The translations under genes were made by a program, and so were the position numbers. Below, in pieces: positions 1 to 9,437 of a stretch of DNA of 64,000 nt (position 1 is its first letter; each line of letters begins with the position of its first letter). The stretch covers positions 130,795 to 194,794 of the forward strand of contig DYKN01000001.1 of assembly GCA_020722575.1 (NCBI GenBank), written 5' to 3'. The notes beneath the pieces were generated by a model. The model searched no databases. It was not told the DNA's origin and was given only the letters and a program-made list of their open reading frames with translations. The stretch is from Rikenella microfusus. Its GTDB lineage: Bacteria > Bacteroidota > Bacteroidia > Bacteroidales > VadinHA17.

Positions 1-2
1 CC

Positions 3-2192
3 AGCATGAAGACAGGGTTTAATATTCACAGGGTAAAGAATGAAATTTATCGAGTTTTTGATTCTTTTGAAAAGGATCTTCCGGAGGGAATAAGAATTGA
101 GAGAGGTTTTGACCAATCGCAAAATGTGAGAAATAAACTTTCGCGTCTTGAAAAGGATTTTCTTTTTGCATTCTTTCTTGTAATGATAACCCTTTTACCT
201 CTTGGTTTCAGAGCATCGGGGACAGTGCTGATAGCTATACCCCTTTCAATTATGATTGGCGTTACAGGATTATATTTTATAGGGTTTAGTATAAATCAGT
301 TAAGCATTGTTGGCGGGGTAATTGCTCTTGGATTACTTGTTGATGATTCAATTGTGGTGATCGAGAATATCTCGAGGTGGGTTAGGGAAGGTCATTTACC
401 TTACAATGCTGCCATCGGGGCGACCAGTCAGATAGGCACTGCAGTACTGGGATGTACTGCAACACTCGTTTTTGCTTTTCTGCCTCTTATGTTTCTCCCC
501 GGAATGGCGGGTAAATACATGCGCTCATTGCCAACAACAATTACTTTTGTTGTAATTGGATCCCTGTTTGTGGCATTAACAATTATACCATTCATTGCAA
601 GTCTGGTACTTAAAGGTAATGTGAATCCCCAGGGAAATACCGCTTTACGTATATTTCATAAAATTATAGATTTAACTTATTCCAGGGCTCTGAAATGGTC
701 TCTTGATAATCCTTTGAAGACCGTTATAATTGGGGCTGTTTTGTTTTTCGCCTCGCTTTTTCTTGTTAAAGTAATAGGATTCAGCCTATTCCCCAAAGCC
801 GGGATGCCACAATTTCTGATTACAATTGAAACACCGAGAGGTAGTAACATTAATGAAACCGACAGAGCAGTAAGGTTTGTTGAGTCGGTACTTAAAAACC
901 GTCCGGAAGTAAAATATTTCATGTCGAACATTGGCAAAGGTAATCCGATGATTTATTACAATTCCTTTCAGAAAAGCGGGCAATCGACGCTTGGAGAGGT
1001 AATGTGTGAGGTAAGGCAGGAGTTTGTGCCTCAGATGCACAAATTTGTCGACTGGTTAAGGGATACTCTTAATGCCTATGCTAATGGACGAATTTATGTA
1101 AATGAGTTTGAGAACGGTATGCCTGTTGATGCGCCAATTGCTGTAAGGCTTATTGGCGATAATCTTGATACACTTAACAGGTATGCGGGAATTATTGAGG
1201 ATGTGATTAGGAGAACACCTGGCACAATCTATATCAAAAATCCTTTAAGTCAGTCGCTTACTGATCTTAAACTCATTATCAGCAGAGAAAAGGCAGGAAT
1301 GCTTGGAGTTCCTACAGTAGAAGTTGAAAGGACGGTGCGTCTTGCTCTGGCCGGCATCGAGGCTGGTAAATTCAGGGATAATAAAGGCAGGGAATATCCA
1401 ATTATAATATGTCAAAAAAAGACTACAGCGGAAAATATCGAAAGGCTTAACAGGATTTATGTGTCTTCATTATCAGGAGAACAGATCCCGCTATCGCATA
1501 TTGCACGGCTTGAGTTTTACGATTCACCTACTCTCATACAGCATTACAACAGGGAGCGTTCAATAACTGTTTCATCATCGGTACAAACCGGATTCAATAC
1601 CGATAAAACTACAAAGGAAATATTATCAGAACTTGAAAAAATCAAACTTCCGGAGGGTTACAGAATAATACCGGCCGGTGAGATTGAAAGCAGGCGAGAG
1701 AGCTTTGCAGGGATATGGTCGGCAATTCTTATAGCTGTTTTCGGCATTTTTTCAATACTGTTGCTTGAGTTTAAAACTTTCAGGGGAACACTCATTGTAC
1801 TTACGGTAATACCTCTTGGAATAATAGGAGGTTTACTTATGCTCTGGATAACGGGTAATACTCTATCGTTTGCTGCGGCAGTTGGTTTTGTGGCATTGAT
1901 TGGAATAGAGATTAAGAATTCGATACTTCTGGTTGACTTTACCAACCAGCTCAGGGAACAGGGGATGCCACTTGATGAAGCAATAAGAAAAGCAGGGGAG
2001 ATACGTTTCTTGCCAGTTGTGCTTACTACACTTACTGCTGTGGGAGGGCTTATGCCAATTGCACTCAGCGGATCGGAACTCTATTCACCGCTCGCTTTTG
2101 TAATAATAGGCGGACTTATTACCTCGACACTGCTTGCCCGACTTGTAACTCCTGTAATGTACAGGCTAATCCCTCCAGAGATTAAACCTTAA
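3..2192 (+). CDS. Efflux RND transporter permease subunit (AcrB/CzcA superfamily), 5'-truncated by window edge
   Basis: Frame is open to the window start. It has multi-TM bundles around a large periplasmic loop and the RND motif GLLVDDSIVVIENI. The C-terminal TM bundle resembles the 1003-aa pump at 52727. Confidence 0.9.
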   Translation, partial: SMKTGFNIHRVKNEIYRVFDSFEKDLPEGIRIERGFDQSQNVRNKLSRLEKDFLFAFFLVMITLLPLGFRASGTVLIAIPLSIMIGVTGLYFIGFSINQLSIVGGVIALGLLVDDSIVVIENISRWVREGHLPYNAAIGATSQIGTAVLGCTATLVFAFLPLMFLPGMAGKYMRSLPTTITFVVIGSLFVALTIIPFIASLVLKGNVNPQGNTALRIFHKIIDLTYSRALKWSLDNPLKTVIIGAVLFFASLFLVKVIGFSLFPKAGMPQFLITIETPRGSNINETDRAVRFVESVLKNRPEVKYFMSNIGKGNPMIYYNSFQKSGQSTLGEVMCEVRQEFVPQMHKFVDWLRDTLNAYANGRIYVNEFENGMPVDAPIAVRLIGDNLDTLNRYAGIIEDVIRRTPGTIYIKNPLSQSLTDLKLIISREKAGMLGVPTVEVERTVRLALAGIEAGKFRDNKGREYPIIICQKKTTAENIERLNRIYVSSLSGEQIPLSHIARLEFYDSPTLIQHYNRERSITVSSSVQTGFNTDKTTKEILSELEKIKLPEGYRIIPAGEIESRRESFAGIWSAILIAVFGIFSILLLEFKTFRGTLIVLTVIPLGIIGGLLMLWITGNTLSFAAAVGFVALIGIEIKNSILLVDFTNQLREQGMPLDEAIRKAGEIRFLPVVLTTLTAVGGLMPIALSGSELYSPLAFVIIGGLITSTLLARLVTPVMYRLIPPEIKP

Positions 2193-2278
2193 ATTTTATT
2201 AAAGTGATAATAAATCACCGAATTTTAATCAGATTTTTATTAGTTTGCTGCCTTATTATTTATTAAAGACAGAATATT

Positions 2279-3856
2279 ATGAAACTCTACAGACAAATTT
2301 TCCCGGTTATTTTTCTGGCTGTAATTTTATCGTCAGCCTATTCACAGCAGGACAAGGTAATAAAAGAAATTATCAGGCTGGGGCAGACCGACAATCAGAC
2401 GATGCAACATCTTGATATTCTCACTAACCGTTTTGGCGGCAGGATTACAGGATCGGATGCTTATGAATGTGCAGTGCGCTGGTGTGCAGACCAGTTCAGG
2501 AAATGGGGGATGGAAGTAATGCTGGACGAGGTAGGGGAACTCCCGGTTGGATTTAATCGTGGCCCGTGGTTTGGCAGAATGCTAAGCGATAATGGCATGA
2601 TTCTTCATTTTGCGACACCATCGTATACGGCAGGTACAAAAGGTGTTCAGAGAGGTCATGTGTTGATGGAACCAAAAACAAGAGCAGAATTTGAAAGAAT
2701 GAAGGGTGCATTAAAAGGGGCATGGGTTCTGATAACAGGAACAAATAACGGCTGGCCGATTGATTATTCTGCCAAAGGTGATTCAATAAGGAAAAAAATT
2801 ATTGAGGAAAATGAGGAAATTGAAAAGAAAAACAGGGAAATTGCTGGTGAGAACCGGAAAAATCCAGAGGGTGAGCAAAAACCACTAATACCCCTGAAGG
2901 ATGAACCTGCTCTTTTTTACAGGGAAATGCGTGAAGCCGGAATACTGGGAATTATACAATCCTCACCCGTACCTATTAGAGTCCTTTACGACCGGAAAAA
3001 TATCGAAAAAATGAACTTTGAAAATCTGCCAGATGTTCCTGACATCAAGCTGGATGAGCACCAGTATAAAATAATTGAACAGATGGTTAAGGAAAGAAGA
3101 TATTTTCAGCTTGAGTTTGATATCAGAAATCATTTTAGGCCAGGACCGATAAAATATTACAATGTTATTGGTATAATACGAGGTACAAAATACCCTGATG
3201 AGTATGTGATAATGGGCGGGCATCTTGATTCGTTTGATGTAGCAACCGGTGGTGTTGATGATGGTTCGGGAGTAACACCGACAATGGAAGCGGCACGCCT
3301 CATCATGAAAGCGGGAGGTAAACCAAAAAGAACCATTATTGTTGCATTATGGGCAGCTGAAGAGTTCGGATTATGGGGATCAAAAAGCTGGGTTACAAAA
3401 AATAAAGATAAACTCGGGAAAATTTCAAATTATTTTAACCGCGATGGAGGACCTACCGTTGCAAACAGCCTGACAGTGCCGGAAGAAATGTATAAAGACT
3501 TTGAAAAAGTCTGCGAACCTCTGAATAGCATTAATCCCGATTTTCCCTTCACACTTAACAAAAGAACTACACCTCCACCTCCAAAACCTATGACTGCAGG
3601 AGGTTCTGACCACGCATACTTTGCCATGAACGGAGTACCAACTATTTCGTTCGGAACCGCCGACCCGAAAGGATATAATTTTAACTATGGTGAAATCTGG
3701 CACACTGAAAGAGATACTTATGACAAGAGCATAGCAGAATACCAGAACCATACATCAGTTGTAACCGCGGTGGTCGTATATGGCCTTGCAAACCTCGACC
3801 ATCTTCTTTCAAGAGAAGGTCTTTATGCAGAAGAACCAGAAACAAAGCAAAAGTAA
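2279..3856 (+). CDS. M28 family metallopeptidase (aminopeptidase), secreted
   Basis: Has an N-terminal signal peptide and the M28 zinc-ligand block GGHLDSFDVATGGVDDGSGV. AAEEFGLWGS follows downstream. Confidence 0.85.
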   Translation: MKLYRQIFPVIFLAVILSSAYSQQDKVIKEIIRLGQTDNQTMQHLDILTNRFGGRITGSDAYECAVRWCADQFRKWGMEVMLDEVGELPVGFNRGPWFGRMLSDNGMILHFATPSYTAGTKGVQRGHVLMEPKTRAEFERMKGALKGAWVLITGTNNGWPIDYSAKGDSIRKKIIEENEEIEKKNREIAGENRKNPEGEQKPLIPLKDEPALFYREMREAGILGIIQSSPVPIRVLYDRKNIEKMNFENLPDVPDIKLDEHQYKIIEQMVKERRYFQLEFDIRNHFRPGPIKYYNVIGIIRGTKYPDEYVIMGGHLDSFDVATGGVDDGSGVTPTMEAARLIMKAGGKPKRTIIVALWAAEEFGLWGSKSWVTKNKDKLGKISNYFNRDGGPTVANSLTVPEEMYKDFEKVCEPLNSINPDFPFTLNKRTTPPPPKPMTAGGSDHAYFAMNGVPTISFGTADPKGYNFNYGEIWHTERDTYDKSIAEYQNHTSVVTAVVVYGLANLDHLLSREGLYAEEPETKQK

Positions 3857-4296
3857 TTTAAACGAAAGGATATTTTCATCAGGTTGATTGGCTCGATTTT
3901 TGATGATCTCAGGTATTAAAGATAAAATGAACCTTAATGTTTCTGAAAAAACCTGAAAATGAAAAATCTATGGTTCAACCGGTGAAATTAATCTTACGAT
4001 ACCCAAAGATTACAAGGTAATTGACGATAGTCGGTACTGGTTAAGAATAAATGATGATATGCAAAGCTTCGAAAACAAAAGGCAATTAAAGAAAATCTTT
4101 CCAACCATTCAGAATGAAATTGAAACATATCAATAACAGGGTTGACTTCACCAAAATTGATGATGTTAAAAAGCTTGTATTGTTCTGTATGGAGAAAAAA
4201 AATAATTATTTGCAGTTACCTTAACATTTATATTTCCAGGTCATTGTTATTTTTACAGCAAAATCTGATAATTACAGATAAACAAATTATTGAGTT

Positions 4297-5334
4297 ATGG
4301 AGAAAAAATATATTGATGGCCTTTTAATTATCGGGGTTTCTTTTCTTATTTTTGTTTTTTTCTTTTCATGTAAGAAAGATGATAATGATACGAAAGATGT
4401 TACAAAGGGTCCTGTTGCAACCACAAATGAAGCAACCAATGTAGGGCAAGGCTGGGCTACCCTGAACGGAACTGTTAATCCTAATAACAGTATAACCGTG
4501 GCTTATTTTGAATATGACACAGCAACATTATTCAATAATAAAATCGAAGCTGTACCCGATACGATAAATGACCATAATATTACCACTGTGAAAGCACAGC
4601 TGACAGGGCTTTTACCTGGAACAACCTACCGGTTCAGACTTGTTGCGATCAATTCGGAAGGCACATCTACAGGAAGTGAAAAGACTTTTACCACAACTAC
4701 TCCCGTGCATTTTGAAATTAATTTCAATCCCGATATCACTTATGGTACTGTAACGGATATTAATGGCAATATTTACAGAACTGTTAATATTGGGACACAG
4801 GAGTGGATGGCTGAAAATCTAAGAGTTGAAAAGCTTAATGATGGAACAGCTATTCAGTTTTTGCCTGATGCTTCATCATGGTCGTCAACAGAATCTGGAT
4901 TGCCGGCATATTCATGGTATAATAATGATTCTATCGGGTATGGAGCGTTGTATAATTGGTATGCAGTGAGTACCGGTAAGCTATGCCCTGTGGGATGGCA
5001 TATTGCAACTGATGAGGAATGGACAATTCTTACAGATTATCTTGGAGGACAGGAATTGGCAGGTGGTAAACTTAAGGAGAAAGGAACAGCTCACTGGCAG
5101 GAACCAAATACAGGAGCAAGCAATGAATCAGGATTTTCTGCCCTTCCAGCAGGTTACCGGCATTTCTCCGGATATTTCAATGGTATTGGTAAATATGGTT
5201 ACTGGTGGACTTCTACAGAATCTTCAGAAAATGAAGCTTTTTTGAGAACAATGTCATATGGCTTTCCAAATATTGACCGAAGCAGCAGCAGTAAAAAAAG
5301 TGGAATGACGATCAGATGTGTAAAGGACAATTGA
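4297..5334 (+). CDS. Lipoprotein with Fn3-like N-terminal domain and Fibrobacter succinogenes major paralogous (FISUMP) domain
   Basis: Lipobox FFFSCKKDD. FISUMP hallmarks are GTQEWMAENL, YNWYAV, CPVGWHIATDEEW and GYWWTST. Confidence 0.8.
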   Translation: MEKKYIDGLLIIGVSFLIFVFFFSCKKDDNDTKDVTKGPVATTNEATNVGQGWATLNGTVNPNNSITVAYFEYDTATLFNNKIEAVPDTINDHNITTVKAQLTGLLPGTTYRFRLVAINSEGTSTGSEKTFTTTTPVHFEINFNPDITYGTVTDINGNIYRTVNIGTQEWMAENLRVEKLNDGTAIQFLPDASSWSSTESGLPAYSWYNNDSIGYGALYNWYAVSTGKLCPVGWHIATDEEWTILTDYLGGQELAGGKLKEKGTAHWQEPNTGASNESGFSALPAGYRHFSGYFNGIGKYGYWWTSTESSENEAFLRTMSYGFPNIDRSSSSKKSGMTIRCVKDN

Positions 5335-5403
5335 TTTTACCTCCAAAACTGTTTTTATTATCTTTGATCAATTGTTAATCACTATTTTATCTGATTATTA
5401 AAT

Positions 5404-5676
5404 ATGGAGGAAAAAATTCTTTATAGAATCCTGATTACAGGTTATGTTCAGGGTGTTGGTTATAGATATTCCGCTCTTAGCGAAGCTCGAAGGCTTGAAA
5501 TAACAGGTTATGTCAGGAACATGCCTGACGGGAGTGTTTATATCGAGGCCGAAGGCAGTAGAAATAAGCTTGATGCTTTAGTTAAATGGTGTTATGAAGG
5601 CCCGGGTCATGTTGTAAACGTTAATGTAACAGAAAATCCCCCGGTAGGATATAAAGATTTTACAATCAAATACTAA
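5404..5676 (+). CDS. acyP: Acylphosphatase
   Basis: 90 aa. Carries the canonical motif ITGYVQGVGYRYS and the later GYVRNMPDGSVYIEAEG. Confidence 0.9.
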   Translation: MEEKILYRILITGYVQGVGYRYSALSEARRLEITGYVRNMPDGSVYIEAEGSRNKLDALVKWCYEGPGHVVNVNVTENPPVGYKDFTIKY

Positions 5677-5677
5677 T

Positions 5678-6415
5678 TCAGGAAATCATTTCCCTGAGCC
5701 TTTTCGCATTTTTTATAGCATACCCCTGATAATCATTGTTGAAAAATACCCATACTTCTTTTCCCTCCTGCTGCCATCTCTTAATCTTTTCTGCATACTG
5801 AAAGAGATCATCATCGCTGTAATCAGAAGCATAAAGATGTTCACGTCCGTGAAAACGGATGTAAACAAAATCTGTTGTAACAGTTTCAAAATAAGGATAT
5901 CTATTTCCCGAATCAGCTATAACTAAAGCCATATTAAACCTTTCAAGAATGGCAAAAAAAATGTCATTAATCCATGTTTTGTTTCTGACCTCTATCGCAA
6001 ACCGATATCCTGAATATTTCTCTTTTAGCGTTTCAAAAAACAGAGAAATAAGCAATTCATTATACATCATACCGGGTGGGAGCTGGATAAGAACCGGCCC
6101 GAGTTTTGTTTTCAACTTAATGAAAACATCAAAAAATTTCTGAATCGCTTCTCCGGCATTTACAAGTTGTAACTCGTGAGTGACATACCTGCTTAGTTTC
6201 GGACAGAAGAAAAATATATCCGGAGTCCTTTTCAGCCATCCTTCAACAGTTGATATACGCGGAAGATGATAAAAACATGAGTTGAGTTCGACACATGAAA
6301 AATGCATTGTGTAAAACTCAAGATATTTTTCAGGCTTAATGGTATCAGGATAAAAAATATTCTGCCAATGCCTATAACTCCAGCCTGAAGTACCAATATT
6401 AACATGGAGTTTCAT
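5678..6415 (-). CDS. DUF72 (YecE-like) domain protein
   Basis: 245 aa. Begins IGTSGWSYRHWQNIFYP and has a YHLP block and a FFNND C-terminal block, all typical of DUF72. Confidence 0.8.
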   Translation of the reverse strand: MKLHVNIGTSGWSYRHWQNIFYPDTIKPEKYLEFYTMHFSCVELNSCFYHLPRISTVEGWLKRTPDIFFFCPKLSRYVTHELQLVNAGEAIQKFFDVFIKLKTKLGPVLIQLPPGMMYNELLISLFFETLKEKYSGYRFAIEVRNKTWINDIFFAILERFNMALVIADSGNRYPYFETVTTDFVYIRFHGREHLYASDYSDDDLFQYAEKIKRWQQEGKEVWVFFNNDYQGYAIKNAKRLREMIS

Positions 6416-6519
6416 TAGTGAGTTATTATTTTTTCTAAAATTAAAAACATTTTTGTTTCCTGAGAATAACTTTAATTATCTTTGAAACAGATAATAATCA
6501 GTAATTATTTATTGAGAAA

Positions 6520-7662
6520 ATGAAAACAAATCATCAATTTCGTCTTGAGATTTTCTTAACAATATTTATCTTTTCACTCACCATTGCATGGTTGCTTTTT
6601 TCATGTAAAGCCGATAATGAAGAGAATAATTTTCCGAAACTACTTGTTGGCAGTACCACTGTTTCTGTTGCCGAAGATATTCCTGAAGGTCTGGTTGAAA
6701 TACCCATGTATCATTCAGTTGTTCCAGGTTCCGAGGGTGGTTTTGAATATTTTACTGTTGACAGTACAGCAGTTGCGGGGCAAGACTATGTTGCAGTTTC
6801 AGATGGCAAAGTAACTTTCAAACCCGGGAGTATCTATGTTATTATAAGATTACAAATTATTCCCAATAGTGCCAGGATTTCAGATGTCTCATTTAAGATT
6901 AGATTCCGTAATCCTGAAAACTGTGTGTTACCGGCAGATGAAATGGTTATTACAATAGTAAATACCGATTATGAAACACTGGCTTGGAGTGACGAATTTA
7001 ATTCAATATCGTTAAATACAAATATCTGGAATTTTGAAACTGGAGGTGGTGGATGGGGAAATAATGAATTGCAGAGCTATACTGATTCAGAAGAGAATGT
7101 GCATTTAGACAGTGGTTATCTGCATATTACAGCTCTTAATCCTTCAACGGGGCTATATACTTCGGGAAGGATTACAACAATGGGTAAGAAGGAATTTAAA
7201 AACTGTAGAGTCGAAATAAGGGCAAAACTTCCGGAAGGGAAAGGTTTATGGCCTGCATTGTGGATGCTTGGTGCAAATTTCACATCAGTTGGATGGCCAT
7301 CGTGCGGTGAAATCGATATTATGGAATGTCTGGGACATGCCCCAACAGTTTCCTACGGAGCAATACACTGGAACTCAAATGGTCATATATATTTTACAGG
7401 CTCGTATGAATTGACGTCAGGAAAATACAGTACTGATTTTCATGTTTTCAGCCTGAAATGGACTCCGAGCAAAATTGAATGGTTTGTTGACGGGTACAAG
7501 TTTTTTAATAAAAACCTTTCTGAAATAAAGGGATTTCCCATTGATAAACCAATGTTTTTCATATTTAATGTTGCTGTAGGAGGAAACTGGCCCGGAAATC
7601 CAGATGAGACAACTGTTTTTCCACAGCATATGATTGTTGATTATATAAGGGTTTACCAGTAA
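6520..7662 (+). CDS. Glycoside hydrolase family 16 (beta-glucanase/laminarinase-like) lipoprotein with Calx-beta-like N-domain
   Basis: Lipobox LLFSCKADN. The N-domain block TAVAGQDYVAVSDGKVTF is Calx-beta-like. The GH16 catalytic motif GEIDIMECLG (ExDxxE) is present. Confidence 0.85.
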   Translation: MKTNHQFRLEIFLTIFIFSLTIAWLLFSCKADNEENNFPKLLVGSTTVSVAEDIPEGLVEIPMYHSVVPGSEGGFEYFTVDSTAVAGQDYVAVSDGKVTFKPGSIYVIIRLQIIPNSARISDVSFKIRFRNPENCVLPADEMVITIVNTDYETLAWSDEFNSISLNTNIWNFETGGGGWGNNELQSYTDSEENVHLDSGYLHITALNPSTGLYTSGRITTMGKKEFKNCRVEIRAKLPEGKGLWPALWMLGANFTSVGWPSCGEIDIMECLGHAPTVSYGAIHWNSNGHIYFTGSYELTSGKYSTDFHVFSLKWTPSKIEWFVDGYKFFNKNLSEIKGFPIDKPMFFIFNVAVGGNWPGNPDETTVFPQHMIVDYIRVYQ

Positions 7663-7757
7663 TGCAGGTGGTTTTTTGTTCGCCGACAATATATTTTGCT
7701 TTAGCTATAGTCTCTGTTCCAGATTTTTTTAATGTTATATGAAAAAATGAAATTTTT

Positions 7758-8783
7758 TTATGCAGGAATCTTTAATAATTTCTGCATGTGTGTAGTTTTG
7801 TTCGTAATAGTAGCGTGCCTCTTTAGTGCCATCTGAACGATTTTTTTAACAAGTTGACCATAAGTATACCCTGCCGTTTCTCCAGCAAGTGCAAAACTTG
7901 TATCGTAACTGATATCATTGTTTGGATTGATATCGAGCAAATAAAAGCGGCCGTTATAGAGGCGCAGGTCGAAGCGGGCATAATCACGGCATCCCGAGAC
8001 TTCCCATGCAGTAAAAACTATTTTTTTAAGACTTTCCAGCTGAACTGTATCCAGGTAGGGAGAGATAACAGTTTTGATTTTTTCGTAATGCTCAGAACCT
8101 GGAATAAACTTTGAATCATATGTACATAACCTCTGGTTGAGTGAAGGAAATGCTGAAAAATCCATTTCAGCAGGTGGTAGCATTTCAGGGGGGTCATTAT
8201 TCAAAACCGATACATGAAATTCACGACCATCAATGAATTCCTCAACCAGGGCGGGCTGCTGCAACTCCTTTTCAACAAGAAGTATTTGTTCCCGTAGGGC
8301 TTCATTGTCGAACACAACAGATTTTTCTGTCAGGGTGAGGCTACAATGTTCATAGGAGGGTTTAACTATTGCCGGGAAACGATTCCATGATTGAAAATCA
8401 AGTGACGAAAGAACTAATCCTTCAGGAACAGTAATGCCATTTCTTGCCATCATTTTTTTTACTTTCTGCTTATGGTAGCTTAACTCAAGAACATGTGTAT
8501 CGTTGCCGGTAAAGTTGAATCCCATCTCTTTTATGATTTCCAATACCTTCGTTTCACTATCGGCAGAACCTGGTAACGTTTCACAAATATTAAAAATGAT
8601 GGTTCTTTCAGGATCGTATTTTTTTAGAACCTTATCAAGAAAAGGATCTGTAATTTCTTCAATAACAGTATCAATCCCTTCATCAAGGAGTGACCGGTAA
8701 AGAACTTCTGCAGATTTTCGTGAGTCAAATATTTCAACTTCGTCCCAATCGGGATCAACATTATAAATTACAAGAACCTTCAC
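7758..8783 (-). CDS. ATP-grasp protein, D-alanine--D-alanine ligase-like family
   Basis: 341 aa with Ddl-like architecture: PAIVKPSYEHCS, EEFIDGREFHVSVL and YARFDLRL..YLLDINPNN. Confidence 0.7.
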   Translation of the reverse strand: MKVLVIYNVDPDWDEVEIFDSRKSAEVLYRSLLDEGIDTVIEEITDPFLDKVLKKYDPERTIIFNICETLPGSADSETKVLEIIKEMGFNFTGNDTHVLELSYHKQKVKKMMARNGITVPEGLVLSSLDFQSWNRFPAIVKPSYEHCSLTLTEKSVVFDNEALREQILLVEKELQQPALVEEFIDGREFHVSVLNNDPPEMLPPAEMDFSAFPSLNQRLCTYDSKFIPGSEHYEKIKTVISPYLDTVQLESLKKIVFTAWEVSGCRDYARFDLRLYNGRFYLLDINPNNDISYDTSFALAGETAGYTYGQLVKKIVQMALKRHATITNKTTHMQKLLKIPA

Positions 8784-9104
8784 TTATATTTTTTATCTAA
8801 ACTAAATTGTTTATACGAAATAAAAATTGCCCTTTTAAGAAAGTTATAAACAAACAATTGTAAGTTTATTAACAGTTTTTGCATTAGATCCGGAGCTAAT
8901 TTGAATAATATATAGAATATTAATAAGTTAACAATTAATAAATCATTAGTATTCTGCAAATTAAGTAAAGTATATTTGAGTACAATCAGGGACAGACAAT
9001 ACCATGCAGTAATTAAATAATTAAATTCAACAGCAAAAGAATCTTTTGTAAAATGTTATTTTTTATTTTTGATTAAATGAATAGATAATATCAAAAACAA
9101 GGGA

Positions 9105-9320
9105 ATGAAAATGTACAGATTATTTTTTATGTTAATCCTCATTATGATGATTTTTGGAGGATGTACCTCAAAACCTTAAATTTTCAGGGTTGAATTCAGC
9201 AGTAATAATTTCGAAAAGAAATGGGCATTAAATGAGCTTAATTCTGCCAGACCATCTAACTTGACGTCGTCGGGTTGCATCTCTTTTGATCTGAGTTTTT
9301 TTTTCAACTCAGTAGATTAA
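9105..9320 (+). pseudogene. Remnant of a lipoprotein gene interrupted by an in-frame TAA
   Basis: MKMYRLFFMLILIMMIFGGCTSKP is followed by TAA at 9177-9179. The same frame then continues as IFRVEFSSNNFEKKWALNELNS... to 9320. It ends in the hairpin ctgagtt-T7-aactcag. Confidence 0.35.
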
Positions 9321-9437
9321 CCAGCCTGCTACCGGATGATTCCGGAGGCTTTATGCCATACATTCAGAAAAAGAACAACCCGCATCACGCCAGGCAAAAA
9401 GACAATAAAAAGCAGGGCACTTATAAAAATATAATAA

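Noticed and set aside
677-1945. Antisense ORFs of 84-95 aa inside the RND permease gene (677-937, 786-1040, 1658-1945). Similar antisense or off-frame ORFs lie inside most large genes in the track, for example 13488-13886, 16046-16591, 31197-31616, 33445-34015, 48921-49283 and 53360-53698.
   Set aside because: They lie fully inside strongly supported genes. They have low-complexity or codon-mirror composition, no recognisable motifs and no start-site context.
4142-4327. A 61-aa ORF overlapping the start of the FISUMP lipoprotein gene. An upstream open frame without a start (about 3968-4135) encodes ..GEINLTIPKDYKVIDDSRYWLRINDD...
   Set aside because: The 61-aa ORF is AT-rich intergenic read-through with no motif. 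The upstream frame looks protein-like but has no start codon and no family I can name. It may be another gene remnant, but I cannot support that.
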